Shown here in pieces: positions 26,665 to 54,870 of a stretch of DNA of 64,000 bases. Within the stretch, counting starts at the first letter, position 1; every line of letters starts with the position of its first letter. A program made the position numbers and the translations under genes. The notes beneath the pieces are model-generated. The model saw only the letters and a list, made by a program, of their open reading frames with translations, had not been told where the DNA came from and ran no database searches. The DNA comes from Tubulanus polymorphus (Eukaryota; Animalia; Nemertea): NCBI RefSeq assembly GCF_964204645.1, contig NC_134025.1, forward strand, positions 248,001 to 312,000, read 5' to 3'.

Positions 26665-29600
26665 GTTGCTCGGGACACCCCTTTACATCCTCTAATCAGC
26701 ATCAGGACCACTCGAATCAGTATCAGTAATTACTGGGTTCAAACCGGGGACACCCCTGCACATCCTCTATTCAGCATCAGGACCACTCTGAATCAGTATC
26801 AGTAATTACTGGTTCTCGAACCTGGGACACCCTTGTACATCCACCAGCATCAGAGCCACATATCGATATTCCGGTAGATGGCGCATGTGAAATATGGTGT
26901 ATTTCAAATCTTTATCATTGTTAATTCTAGATATTTGATAGTTCAGCGAAATTCCAATAGATGGCGAAAATAGTAATAGTGTATAAGTGCTACATACTCT
27001 ATTCAGCATCATCAGCAGTTACTGGGTTCGATCGAACCCGGGACACCCTGTACATCCTCTATTCAGCATCAGGACCAGTCTAAATCACAGTAATTACTGG
27101 GTTCGAACCCGGGACACCCTTGTACATCCACCAGCATCAGAGCCACATATGGATATTCCGGTAGACGGCGCATGTGAAATATAATGCATTTCAAATCTTT
27201 ATCATTGTTAATTCTAGATATTTGATAGTTCAGCGAAATTCCAATAGATGGCGAAAATAGTAATAGTGTATAAGTGCTACATACTCTATTCAGCATCATC
27301 AGCAGTTACTGGGTTCGATCGAACCCGGGACACCCTGTACATCCTCTATTCAGCATCAGGACCAGTCTAAATCACAGTAATTACTGGGTTCGAACCCGGG
27401 ACACGCTTGTACATCCACCAGCATCAGAGCCACATATGGATATTCCGGTAGACGGCGCATGTGAAATATAATGCATTTCAAATCTTTATCATTGTTAATT
27501 CTAGATATTTGATAGTTCAGCGAAATTCCAATAGATGGCGAAAATAGTAATAGTGTATAAGTGCTACATACTCTATTCAGCATCATCAGCAGTTACTGGG
27601 TTCGATCGAACCCGGGACACCCTGTACATCCTCTTTTCAGCATCAGGACCAGTCTAAATCACAGTAATTACTGGGTTCGAACCCGGGACACGCTTGTACA
27701 TCCACCAGCATCAGAGCCACATATCGATATTCCGGTAGACGGCGCATGTGAAATATAATGCATTTCAAATTTTTATCATTGTTAATTCTAGATATTTGAT
27801 AGTTCAGCAAAATTCCAATAGATGGCGAAAATAGTAATAGTGTATAATTGCTACATACTCTATTCAGCATCATCAGTAGTTACTGGGTTCGATCGAACCC
27901 GGGACACCCTGTACATCCTCTATTCAGCATCATCAGTAATTACTGGGTTTCGAACCCGGGACACCCTGTACATCCTCTATTCAGCATCAGGACCACTCTG
28001 AATCAGTATCAGTAATTACTGGTTTCGAACCCGGGACACCCTGTAAATCCTCTATTCAACATCAGGACCACTCTGAATCAGTATCAGCAATTACTGTGTT
28101 CAAACCCGAGACACCGCTGTGCATCCTCTATTGAGCATCATCAGCAGTTACTGGGTTCGATCGAACCCGGGACCCCCCTGTACATCCTCTATTCAGCATC
28201 AGGACCACTCTAAATCGGTATCAGTGATTATCCGTGTTCGAACTCGGGACACACCTGAATATCCACCAGCATCAGAGCCATATGTGTATATTTCGGTAGA
28301 TGGCGCATGTGAAATATGGTGCATTTCAAATCTTTATCATTATCAATTCTAAATATTTGATAGTTCAGCGAAATTCCAATAGATGGCGAAAATAGTAATA
28401 GTGTATAATTGCTACATCCTCTATTCAGCATCATCAGTAGTTACTGGGTTCGATCGAACCCGGGACACCCCTGTACATCCTCTATTCAGCATCATCAGTA
28501 ATTACTGGGTTGGAACCCGGGACACCCTGTACATCCTCCATTCAGCATCAGTATCACTCTGAACCAGTATCAGTAATTACTGGGTTCGAACCCGGGATCC
28601 CCCTGTACACCCTCTATTCAGCATCAGGACCACTCTGAATCAGTATCAGTACCGTTATTACTGGATTCGAACCCGGGACATGCCTGTACATCCTCCTCTA
28701 TTCAGCATCAGGACCACTCTGAATCAGTATCAGTAATTACTGGTTCTCGAACCCAGGACACCCTGTACATCCTCCATTCAGCATCAGGACCACTCTGAAT
28801 CAGTATCAGTAATTACTGGGTTCGAACCCGGGACACCCTTGTACATCCACCAGCATCAGAGCCACATATCGATATTCCGGTAGATGGCGCATGTGAAATA
28901 TGGTGCATTTCAAATCTTTATCATTATCAATTCTAAATATTTGATAGTTCAGCGAAATTCCAATAGATGGCGAAAATAGTAATAGTGTATAATTGCTACA
29001 TACTCTATTCAGCATCATCAGTAGTTACTGGGTTCGATCGAACCCGGGACACCCTGTACATCCTCTATTCAGCATCATCAGTAATTACTGGGTTTCGAAC
29101 CCGGGACACCCTGTACATCCTCTATTCAGCATCAGGACCACTCTGAATCAGTATCAGCAATTACTGTGTTCAAACCCGAGACACCGCTGTGCATCCTCTA
29201 TTGAGCATCATCAGCAGTTACTGGGTTCGATCGAACCCGGGACACCCTGTACATCCTCTATTCAGCATCATCAGTAATTACTGGGTTTCGAACCCGGGAC
29301 ACCCTGTACATCCTCTATTCAGCATCAGGACCACTCTGAATCAGTATCAGCAATTACTGTGTTCAAACCCGAGACACCCCTGTACATCCTCTATTCAGCA
29401 TCAGGACCACTCTAAATCGGTATCAGTGATTATCCGTGTTCGAACTCGGGACACACCTGAATATCCACCAGCATCAGAGCCATATGTGTATATTTCGGTA
29501 GATGGCGCATGTGAAATATGGTGCATTTCAAATCTTTATCATTATCAATTCTAAATATTTGATAGTTCAGCGAAATTCCAATAGATGGCGAAAATAGTAA

Positions 29601-29986
29601 TAGTGTATAATTGCTACATACTCTATTCAGCATCATCAGTAGTTACTGGGTTCGATCGAACCCGGGACACCCTGTACATCCTCTATTCAGCATCATCAGT
29701 AATTACTGGGTTTCGAACCCGGGACACCCTGTACATCCTCTATTCAGCATCAGGACCACTCTGAATCAGTATCAGTAATTACTGGTTTCGAACCCGGGAC
29801 ACCCTGTAAATCCTCTATTCAACATCAGGACCACTCTGAATCAGTATCAGTAATTACTGGTTCTCGAACCCAGGACTACCCTGTACATCCTCTATTCAGC
29901 ATCAGGACCACTCTAAATCAGTATCAGTAATTACTGGGTTGGAACCCGGGACACCCCTGTACATCCTCTATTCAGCATCAGGACCA
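26665..29986. repeat. 3.3-kb composite satellite: short (~50-65 bp) B-box-palindrome units interleaved with seven ~165-bp modules; 287-bp higher-order period in the first part
   Basis: Short unit ...TTACTGGGTTCGAACCCGGGACACCCTGTACATCCTCTATTCAGCATCAGG...; long-module marker CGGTAGA(T/C)GGCGCATGTG near 26871, 27158, 27445, 27732, 28293, 28877, 29495. Confidence 0.92.
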
Positions 29987-30500
29987 TAATAAACACAACT
30001 GATGAGTTAAATGAGTTAACAGTTTCTATGATAGAATGAATACTGACTGTGTTTATTTATATAGAATTAACGTCCAGCGTTTTAGAATTAATCAGTAATC
30101 AATGATACACATACACCATCTGTTACTGAAACCACGTATCAGGTATCAATACATCCATCATATTCATTTATTTAACAGGTGATGTTCAAATGAAATTTAA
30201 CTGATTCTAGATAGACTGACTTACAAAATACACAGGCAGTTACAAATTCATATTGATTACATAAATGCAATTAAACCTAGATAAAAATGAGTTTAAGTAG
30301 AATATTTGAGAGTACATATGGTTACATATAATAGTAGTAGTCACCTCTAATAGTAGTTACCTCTAATAGTAGTTACGTCTAATAGTAGTTACGTCTAATA
30401 GTAGTTACGTCTAATAGTACCGTAGTTACATACATATTATAGTAACATAAAAGCAGCTAAATAAAGTTACACAGGTTCAGAAAAATAGTAAAATAACATA

Positions 30501-30671
30501 CAGTGGAACCTTGTTTTAACGACCTCAGATAAAATGATTTATTGGTAATTACAAACACAGTATATTGTTCAAAACATTTCAATAATTCTATACTAGATAT
30601 AGCAAACTATTAAATCTTTTAATGAATAGATTTTCTGGTCTCATGAAGTTCATTGTATAGTGGTTCCACTG
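30501..30671. mobile_element. Tc1/mariner (pogo/Tigger-like) MITE downstream of the TALPID3 stop
   Basis: TA|CAGTGGAACC ... GGTTCCACTG|TA: TA TSD and CAGT terminus. Confidence 0.75.
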
Positions 30672-30995
30672 TAAATATAGTAGTATAACTAACATATATA
30701 TATCAGTTATATAGTAATAGTAACATACAAGTAGTTGTAGTTACTCAAAATAGTTACATATTAGTAGTTACTTATTAGTAGTTATATAGATAGTTATAAA
30801 ACAAGGCCAGCTTGTTATTCCTCATATCACAGCGAGTTACAACAAACATCTTGTTATTCTAAGATTCATCTAAATCAATTATCAATGACCCAAAGCTGCT
30901 GCTCAATGACCCACATCTGCTGCTACTGCTCAATGAGCAGCTCCTGCTCCTGCTCCTGCTCATTGATCAGCTCCTGCTCCTGCTCCTGCTCCTGC

Positions 30996-45131
<14,136 letters not shown>

Positions 45132-45414
45132 CTGATAACATATAAAAACACAGTCTGCTTTTATTCTTATTCCTAGAAATATCAATCCCTAGAAAATTAA
45201 CTTGACATTTAGAAGATGTCTATTTATGAGTTGTGTATCAGAAGAGTCTCATCTCATCTCTCTAATTCAGTTACACCTTCAAATAAACTCAGAAATCTGA
45301 ACTGAATTCAAACGGTTTATATTCACACATCAATGGTAAAGATATCAACAAGGAATCAAAATGCTCTTTCATCAATCCATGGTTCATGTGTTTTGAATCC
45401 TGCCGGTAGCAGTC

Positions 45415-45525
45415 GGTTGGTCGGTCAGTCAGTTGGTCAGTCAGTCGGTCGGTCAGTTGGTCGGTCAGTTGGTCGGTCAGTTGGTCAGTCAGTTGGTCAG
45501 TCAGTTGGTCAGTCAGTTGGTCAGT
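45415..45525. repeat. 12-bp tandem repeat (GGTCAGTCAGTT)n
   Basis: About 9 copies. Confidence 0.85.
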
Positions 45526-46035
45526 CTCCAGGCCTCTCTTCTCTTAATCGGGGAAAAGAAACCTCAAATCTGCAATTATCATTATTAGCAAATTCGAGGT
45601 TTCCTCCGTAACACGCTGAGGAATGTCACTCGTGCCCATTCTAACCCGTCAGTCGAGATGAGGGATGACAGGAGGATTGAGTTTAATCGTAGTTCTGTGC
45701 CTTGTCTAAAGAGAGAGAAGTGCATTTAAATAAATCATTAATTTCATCATCGATTTTAAACATCTTTTTTTCCGATCCCGAACATGTACGGAAATAGTTG
45801 TTCCTCGGGGAAAAACAAAGTGCAAAACATTCAATTAAAACAAATTTTATTCGTAACTCAATCGGGAAAGTGAGTTAGTCATTACCTTTAAACGCGTGAT
45901 CGGTAAGAATTCTAGTCAGGTACGATTCATAAAAAGCATTGAATTGATGCGACTCGCGTTAATGTGTACAATACTCCTTAATAGAGAATGTGACTAGAGT
46001 ATTAAATATAGAACAATACCTGATCAGAATACACC

Positions 46036-46171
<136 letters not shown>

Positions 46172-46357
46172 TTAACAATAACATCACAACAGTCTAATCT
46201 TCACTAGTAGAATATCATCACATTATTATATCTGATATACATTTAGCACTCGATTCTATAACTGAAAAGGACCAGTTGATAATGGAATTCATTTCACATT
46301 CTGTCGCAAACCTTCTCAGATTCAGTGATAATTTAACTAGAAAGTATTGCAGGTCTA

Positions 46358-46502
46358 CTGTTTGAGAGGTCTCCTGTTTGAGAGGTCTCCTGCTTGAGAG
46401 GTCTCCTGTTTGAGAGGTTTCCTGTTTGAGAGGTCCCCTGTTTGAGAGGTTTCCTGTTTGAGAGGTCCCCTGTTTGAGAGGTCCCCTGTTTGAGAGGTCT
46501 CC
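46358..46502. repeat. 16-bp minisatellite (CTGTTTGAGAGGTCYC)n
   Basis: About 9 copies. Confidence 0.85.
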
Positions 46503-47113
46503 CAGTGTACCATGTGTTATCATTCTACCCATGAATTAATAATTAGTTGTGTCTGTGATGAAGCGAATAAAACTGATATTCACTGTCACAAGTTCCCAGT
46601 TTATATTCTTGATCTATTTGTAAACTCTTATAAAGAGGTTTTCATTCCTCTTGTTTACAGAGGTCCATCGAATATTTTTGTGAGGTAGGTCAAGCGAGAG
46701 GTGGGAGAGGTTAATGAGGTCACAGTCACGCCGAGACCTGTGTGCCTCGTTAAATGTGACTGATAAGTAATGATAAACAGCTGATAAGACATTCACAAGA
46801 TCAACTGATGATCACATGTAAAGCAGCATTGATTCAGTGCTTTCAGTGTCATCTCTAATTGACATTGACTTCACCCGTTGATTTTGATTCTGTTCAGCTT
46901 TTGGTGTAAATGATTAATCAGTGTTGAGTGTCTCCGTGTAAACCAGATGTGATTTGTACAATTTCCTTGATGTTTGCGGTGACAGCCGAGACTCTCATAC
47001 AAGAATAATAATAAACTGACACAACTTAGACCTTGTCCTCATAGATCTAGGTTTAGACCTAGTTAGAGATCTAGGAGTCACATATACGGAATAGATGGTT
47101 TAAAATAATCCTG

Positions 47114-47222
47114 GGCCCGGTTTTATAGACTGGTATTAGCTTTAACCCGGGGGTTAACTTGACTGAAAATGAATTGAGTTAGCCCCTGAGTTAAAGTTAA
47201 TACCAGTCTATAAAACCGGGCC
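47114..47222. mobile_element. MITE family B (PIF/Harbinger-like)
   Basis: CTG|GGCCCGGTTTTATAGACTGGTATTA ... TAATACCAGTCTATAAAACCGGGCC|CTG: perfect 25-bp TIR and 3-bp TSD. Confidence 0.9.
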
Positions 47223-47659
47223 CTGGCTTTCTCCATCAGTAAAATACTATTATCAGTGAAGTAATCATTTTAATGAGAAAACAACAAATGAAAGTTGTTG
47301 AAGTCGTTAAAAAGAGAGAGAGTGAGATTTTAGGTGTCAGTGTCTTGTTATTATGCTTACCAGGAACACTGGTAATTGAATTGCAGGCTCACTGCACCTT
47401 GTATTTTATGCTCAATTTGGAAGAAGGCTGTTCTCCATCCTTACTACCTGACATTACTACAAACAAACCACCAACATTCTCTATCCATGTGATCTACATT
47501 TACAATCAGTCTGTTCTACTCACTGCCATCTACAGCAAGTTTCACACTTCGCACAAAAACTTTTTAAACACGGATAAAACAGTTCATTCAGTCTCTTCAG
47601 TTTGTAAAATACCAGGTGTTATGAATTAAACATTTAAAAACTTGTCAATGTGTCATTCC

Positions 47660-48226
47660 TATGATTGTCAGTGTTCTACGTTACTCTGATTGTCAGTGAT
47701 CTACGTTCCTCTGATTGTCAGTGTTCTACGTTCCTCTGATTGTCAGTGTTCTATGTTCCTCTGATTGTCACTGTTCTATGTTCCTCTGATTGTCAGTGTT
47801 CTATGTTCCTCTGATTGTCACTGTTCTATGTTCCTCTGATTGTCAGTGTTCTATGTTCCTCTGATTGTCACTGTTCTATGTTCCTCTGATTGTCACTGCT
47901 CTATGTTCCTCTGATTGTCAGTGTTCAATGTTCCTCTGATTGTCACTGTGCTATGTTCCTCTGATTGTCACTGTTCTATGATCCTCTGATTGTCAGTGTT
48001 CTACGTTCCCCTGATTGTCAGTGTTCTACGTTCCTCTGATTGTCAGTGTTCTATGTTCCTCTGATTGTCAGTGTTCTATGTTCCTCTGATTGTCAGTGTT
48101 CTATGTTCCTCTGATTGTCACTGTTCTATGTTCCTCTGATTGTCACTGTTCTACGTTCCTCTGATTGTCACTGTTCTATGTTCCTCTGATTGTCAGTGTT
48201 CTGTGTTCCTCTGATTGTCACTGTTT
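47660..48226. repeat. 25-bp minisatellite, ~22 copies
   Basis: (TGATTGTCASTGTTCTATGTTCCTC)n. Confidence 0.93.
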
Positions 48227-48583
48227 TATAAACATGTATTCATCACATGCAGTTGTTCGGGTAGATTTTTAAACTGGTTGATTGCTGGTAATTAGTATGA
48301 CCGATAGATCACACACACAAGATGCGCACCTGCTTTCTAATGTACCGCTGCTGCTGGTGCGGCGGCTGCTGCTGGTGCTTACTGTAAGATTACCAGCGTC
48401 AACTTGACATTTAATTGTGCTCATATTGTATTCTACAGCACACGTTAAGTTGATCAATTTTCTTGTCAGTTTATCAGAGCATTAGGAATCGTACCTGACT
48501 AACATATCTAACCTGATCTGACCAATCAACCTGACCAGATTACCGCCATCCGCTAAATATCCAACACTGGTCGTTTTTTTGAC

Positions 48584-50418
48584 AATAGCACAGCAGAGCG
48601 CGGGTAGTTTAGGAATAGCACAGAGTGGGGGTAGTTTAGGAATAGCACAGAGCGCGGGTAGTTTAGGAGTAGCACAGAGCGCGGGTAGTTTAGGAATAGC
48701 ACAGAGCGCGGGTAGTTTAGGAATAGCACAGAGAGGGTAGTTTAGGGGTAGCACAGAGCGAGGGTAGTTTAGGAGTAGCACAGAGCGCGGGTAGTTTAGG
48801 AATAGCACAGAGCGCGGGTAGTTTAGGAATAGCACAGAGAGGGTAGTTTAGGGGTAGCACAGAGCGAGGGTAGTTTAGGAATAGCACAGAGCACGGGTAG
48901 TTTAGGAATAGCACAGAGCTCGGGTACTTTAGGAATAGCACAGAGCGCGGGTAGTTTAGGAATAGCACAGAGCGCGGGTACTTTAGGAATAGCACAGAGC
49001 GGGGGTAGTTTAGGAATAGCACAGAGAGGGTAGTTTAGGAATAGCACAGAGCGCGAGTAGTTTAGGAATAGCGCAGAGCGGGGGTAGTTTAGGAGTAGCA
49101 CAGAACGCGGGTAGTTTAGGAATAGCACAGAACGCGGGTAGTTTAGGAATAGCACAGAACGCGGGTAGTTTAGGAATAGCACAGAGAGGGTAGTTTAGGG
49201 GTAGCACAGAGCGAGGGTAGTTTAGGAATAGCACAGAGCGCGGGTAGTTTAAGAATAGCGCAGAGCGAGGGTCGTTTAGGAATAGCACAGAGTGGGGGTA
49301 GTTTAGGAGTAGCACAGAGCGAGGGTAGTTTAGGAATAGCACAGAGCGCGGGTAGTTTAGGAATAGCGCAGAGCGAGGGTCGTTTAGGAATAGCACAGAG
49401 CGCGGGTAGTTTAGGAGTAGCACAGAGCGAGGGTAGTTTAGGAATAGCGCAGAGCGAGGGTCGTTTAGGAATAGCACAGAGCGCGGGTAGTTTAGGAGTA
49501 GCACAGAGCGAGGGTAGTTTAGGAATAGCGCAGAGCGAGGGTCGTTTAGGAATAGCACAGAGTGGGGGTAGTTTAGGAGTAGCACAGAGCGAGGGTAGTT
49601 TAGGAATAGCACAGAGCGCGGGTAGTTTAGGAGTAGAACAGAGTGAGGGTAGTTTAGGAATAGCACAGAGAGGGTAGTTTAGGGGTAGCACAGAGCGAGG
49701 GTAGTTTAGGAATAGCACAGAGTGGGGGTAGTTTAGGAATAGCACAGAGAGGGTAGTTTAGGAATAGCACAGAGCGCGGGTAGTTTAGGAGTAGCACAGA
49801 GCGAGGGTAGTTTAGGAATAGCACAGAGCGGGGGTAGTTTAGGAATAGCACAGAGCGGGGGTAGTTTAGGAATAGCACAGAGCGCGGGTAGTTTAGGAGT
49901 AGCACAGAGCGAGGGTAGTTTAGGAATAGCACAGAGCGGGGGTAGTTTAGGAATAGCACAGAGAGGGTAGTTTAGGAATAGCACAGAGCGCGGGTAGTTT
50001 AGGAATAGCACAGAGCGAGGGTAGTTTAGGAATAGCACAGAGCGGGGGTAGTTTAGGAATAGCACAGAGTGGGGGTAGTTTAGGAATAACACAGAGTGGG
50101 GGTAGTTTAGGAATAACACAGAGCGGGGGTAGTTTAGGAATAGCACAGAGCGGGGGTAGTTTAGGAATAGCACAGAGTGGGGGTAGTTTAGGAATAACAC
50201 AGAGCGGGGGTAGTTTAGGAATAGCACAGAGCGAGGGTAGTTTAGGAATAGCACAGAGCGGGGGTAGTTTAGGAATAACACAGAGCGGGGGTAGTTTAGG
50301 AATAGCACAGAGCGGGGGTAGTTTAGGAATAGCACAGAGTGGGGGTAGTTTAGGAATAGCACAGAGCGCGGGTAGTTTAGGAATAGCACAGAGTGGGGGT
50401 AGTTTAGGAATAGCACAG
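48584..50418. repeat. 27-bp satellite, ~68 copies, with 25-bp variants
   Basis: (GGGTAGTTTAGGAATAGCACAGAGCGC)n; explains the LFLNYPRSV and CAIPKLP ORFs. Confidence 0.95.
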
Positions 50419-53400
50419 TCAATAGATAAGGAATAGTGGTTTCATAAAATCAACAATTCATGACACTAAGTTTCTGTCTCTGGGCAGAGTTCGAATCCTT
50501 ACGTATTTTTGATTCAATCTCTGAATAGTGGGTTGTTTGTGTCAGTGCACCAATATATTCAACTTAACTACCGGTAGTTAAAACGTGACTATATTCTAGA
50601 TTCTTATATTGTCGACATAGATATGATTTTATTTGCTATAACTACTGTGTATCTATTCTTCTAATTGTTTTAAATGTCGATTTTCAAACTTTAACTGAAT
50701 TAAAACCGTTTAAATGATGTCGACTTTTCATTGAAACACATCTGTTTACACTCCCTCCTCCCAGCTCCCCCCTCCCTCCCTCCTCCCAGCTACCTCCCTC
50801 CCTCCTCCCAGCTCCCCCTCCCTCCTCCCTCCCTCCCTCCTCCCAGCTCCCTCCCTCCCTCCTCCCAGCTCCCTCCCTCCTTCTCTTTATTGTCTGAAGA
50901 CAATCTCGATCCTGAAGCTCAAAATGTCAACTTCTCACCTTCACGTAGAACGTAGTTGCAAGGCGAAGGTCGGAAAAACAGGGGGTTTAAATGTCACATA
51001 ATGTTTGAAAGGATAAAATATTCAAAATCAATTTATATGTTTCTAAGAATTGTGATTCAACTTTTGAGTTTTCTCCACACAACTGGTAGTCTCCACCCTA
51101 AAACAGTTTGGGCAGTGATAACCCCCTCCTCCCCCTCCCCCTCCCTTCATGAAGGTGTGGTCGATATTAAGAAGCTGAAGCTGCTTTATTACGAACATAA
51201 AGAACAGTAGCGTGCACGCAGTGCATGGATTTATCAGACCCGATCCAGACCCTAACATACAATCAATAGAATAACGAAATATCACTCACGAAATATTGCA
51301 TGTCATTCAAAATAGATTCATTTAGTCTCACGAAATATTCTACTGAAAACAATTTATTTCTGTAAAATTCCGTGCTGTAAGCTTAGACTGATTGATACCG
51401 AGAGCGGAATGCACTCGATTCAATCAACACAGTTTTAACCCGTCTCAATCTCAATCTGTTTCTGTTTCTCCAAAGCTTTTTCTAACGTCGCGACGAAATT
51501 GATTGGAAAGTTTTCTGAACATTTCAAAAACAAAGTCTCATAATTGAAGAGTTTATTGACGCCACGGTCACTAAACACAAACAACCAACACGGTGGCAAT
51601 AAACTTTTCAATTTCTCAAGTTTAATTCGTCAATTGTGGGATTTCTATATTTTTAACGGATTACATTCAGGACTCCACATCATCATCAACTCATAATTCC
51701 TAAAATCCCATTCATAGCTCTTATAAAATGAGAGGAAGGCGAAGAATGAAAACTAATCTGAAGACGGTTTAATGGCGCGAATTACGTTGTAAATTCTATA
51801 GCAAATAAATTAAAACGTCAATTTTTCTTAAAAATAGATATTACATTTATATAAGCATATTGTTTATGATGTAGTTATTTATAGTGTTACTGGACAGACA
51901 GACAGACAGAGAGACAGACAGACAGACAGACAGTGTCAGTGCCACGTTGTATATAAGGTGTATGAAGGCTACGCCTATCGAGTTAGCGGCTCATATTTAT
52001 ATTTAAATGTCCTCCTATCCACAAGAGAAAGGGCGGAACTTATTTTTGATCGTCAAAAGCAGTAATCTGTTTGTCTATAAATAGAATGCTTTAAATGGTA
52101 TAAAGGTTGATATCGGTAAATTGAACAGAGTAGAGAAAGTGAAGACACGTTACATACAACATCATCTCTCTCTCTCTCTAGTCCACCTCACTCACTCCCT
52201 CACTCACTCACTCACTCCCTCACTCACTCCCTCCTGCCCTCGTCTGTTAACAGATGACATCACTAATGGGCAATCAGGTCATCCATACAGGTTACATTTC
52301 ACCTGCCAATAATATAAATAGCCTGTTTCAGAGAATTTAATGAAATATGAAGTTACTGTGAGACACACACAACCAGTTACTGAGAATTTCTTATTTCTAA
52401 AACACTAAATCTATTTCTGATTACAAATGAATACTTTATTAAGACACAACGTATGATATGTAGTTTTAATGGGTCGACCATTAATTGAATTGTTAATAAC
52501 TCCCCATTTTGTTTTAACACTCCTAATAAGGAGTTTATGTTCTAGAATTTTCAGTGATTATCAATAGGCGGGAAATTTGTGGAATCTTCTACTCGGAATA
52601 ACAAATGTTTCCTTTTTAAAAGGGAATTCAATGGAGTTAATCAGGGAGAAACTAAATACCCTTTGGTTAAATTAATTCTAATGTGTTTGGCCCCGAGGTA
52701 AAATACATATTTTCTGCAATTCATCACCAGTTTTAGTTTATCTTAAAAACTATTCCAAAAACATGTATTCTAGAGCCAAGATATTCATCGATATTTAAAA
52801 AAAAACTTAATCGAAAGTGAATTAATGAAAAGTACCACGAGGTGCTGCCACCTATGGTATTAAATGTGTACTAAACAAACTGACTGATAACGTTTTTTTT
52901 CGTGTGAATAAATACGTTTTATTTCAGTGATATTCTTATTATTTATTATGGATTGAATCGATAAACAAATAAACAACCCGATCATGAAAAAATATATGTG
53001 ACGGATTGCATCAGCCATTTAAAGTTGGTTCTAGGGTTTTCTAGATGTCTTTGTCTTTTTCTACAGATAGATATTTATACATTGTAATAAATAAGAGTAT
53101 CCTAGTTGTGTTTAGTACCGCCCTAAACCGTTTAGTTCACATCATCGAGAAATTGATCTGTTGCCTTGAAGCGATAAGTCAAAACTAAATGATACGAATC
53201 GATTTAAACCAAGTCACTTTAACTTCCTGGTGCTTACAGCAAAATATAACCTGTATCCAAAACAGATTAAACAATAGCTGAGAGTCATTGGCAGACGATA
53301 ACAGAGGGGGAACTTATCAACTATTTAAACGATGAAATATCAGAAAAATATAAAAATATCCCGATAGATAGGTCGTAAAATAAGAATAACCAGAACAAAA

Positions 53401-53450
53401 TCTCGATATATATAGGCGTATGATATATCAGGAATTCATGTAAAACTAAC

Positions 53451-54162
53451 AGAAATACTGAGAGATTTCAAAGGTGAAATACTGAGAGATTTCAAAGTTG
53501 AAAAACCGAGAGATTTCAAAGCTGAAATACCGAGAGATTTCAAAGTTGAAATACCGAGAGATTTCAAAGTTGAAATACTGAGAGATTTCAAAGTTGAAAT
53601 ACTGAGAGATTTCAAAGCTGAAATACCGAGAGATTTCAAAGTTGAAATACCGAGAGATTTCAAAGCTGAAATACCGAGAGATTTCAAAGTTGAAATACCG
53701 AGAGATTTCAAAGTTGAAATACTGAGAGATTTCAAAGTTGAAATACTGAGAGATTTCAAAGCTGAAATACTGAGAGATTTCAAAGTTGAAATACTGAGAG
53801 ATTTCAAAGTTGAAATACTGAGAGATTTCAAAGTTGAAATACTGAGAGATTTCAAAGTTGAAATACTGAGAGATTTCAAAGTTGAAATACTGAGAGATTT
53901 CAAAGCTGAAATACTGAGAGATTTCAAAGCTGAAATACTGAGAGATTTCAAAGTTGAAATACTGAGAGATTTCAAAGTTGAAATACTGAGAGATTTCAAA
54001 GTTGAAATACTGAGAGATTTCAAAGTTGAAATACTGAGAGATTTCAAAGTTGAAATACTGAGAGATTTCAAAGCTGAAATACTGAGAGATTTCAAAGTTG
54101 AAATACTGAGAGATTTCAAAGTTGAAATACTGAGAGATTTCAAAGTTGAAATACTGAGAGAT
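53451..54162. repeat. 24-bp minisatellite, ~30 copies
   Basis: (GAAATACTGAGAGATTTCAAAGTT)n. Confidence 0.95.
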
Positions 54163-54714
54163 GCCGGACAATCAGTTTAAACTGCTAGAAGGAAGCTTAA
54201 ACCACTTGCCCTTTAGGGTTATTAGCTTTCTATCAAAGCACATCGCAACAATAGCTACCTGAACGGTTTACTGTCGGGGTTTTCATTGTCGGCGCAATTT
54301 TAGGCAGATGTAAAACTGGCCGCGCCTAAAGCGGCTTCAGATCAGCCACCGGGGGAAATTAATTGATAGCTACCAGCTAGGCCTGAAGTAATATCAAACA
54401 GATCCCTGAAGGGGAAAGCTGTCCATAAAACACCGAATACAATATAAACCCCTAAAAACCCACAGGGCTAAAATTGTATTAAGTGTTTCTTACATTTCAA
54501 ATAACACGATCAAATTTCATCTAATTTTAGAATTTACAAAAACGATAGTGAAATAAAACGCGCGGTCCAAAAATGATTAGGAAAAAAAGTTTCGACGCGA
54601 ATTTTCTGTTTTAGGGAGGATGAATTTTATCAGCGCGTGATTATTAAAAATATATTGCATCCTCATGAACGAGAATTCTGGAAAAAAAAACTTTTAAAAG
54701 TAAGCGAAATACTC

Positions 54715-54870
54715 AAAACATTGACCCTCAGAATCGACAAACCATTGACCCTCAGAATCTTGACCCCCAGAATCGACAAAACATTGACCCTCAGAATCGA
54801 CAAACCATTGACCCTCAGAATCGACAAACCATTGACCCTCAGAATCTTGACCCCCAGAATCGACAAACAA
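54715..54870. repeat. 24/15-bp composite minisatellite
   Basis: TTGACCCTCAGAATCGACAAACCA repeated. Confidence 0.8.

Noticed and set aside
26806-29636. Repeated short ORFs (MMLNRVCS..., MLHTLFSII...)
   Set aside because: Products of satellite periodicity with no recognisable domain or splice structure.
27000-29720. Minus-strand CTGATGA in the composite satellite as hammerhead cores
   Set aside because: No stem II or correctly placed GAAA and cleavage triplet can be formed.
47361-47447. Candidate next-upstream TALPID3 exon ending CTG|GTAAGC
   Set aside because: Good donor, but stops in all frames from the best acceptor and no TALPID3-like sequence.
48482-54171. Long repeat ORFs (LFLNYPRSV, CAIPKLP, KSLSISTL, EISQYFNF)
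   Set aside because: Translations of 27-bp and 24-bp satellites, with frameshifting unit variants and no splice support.
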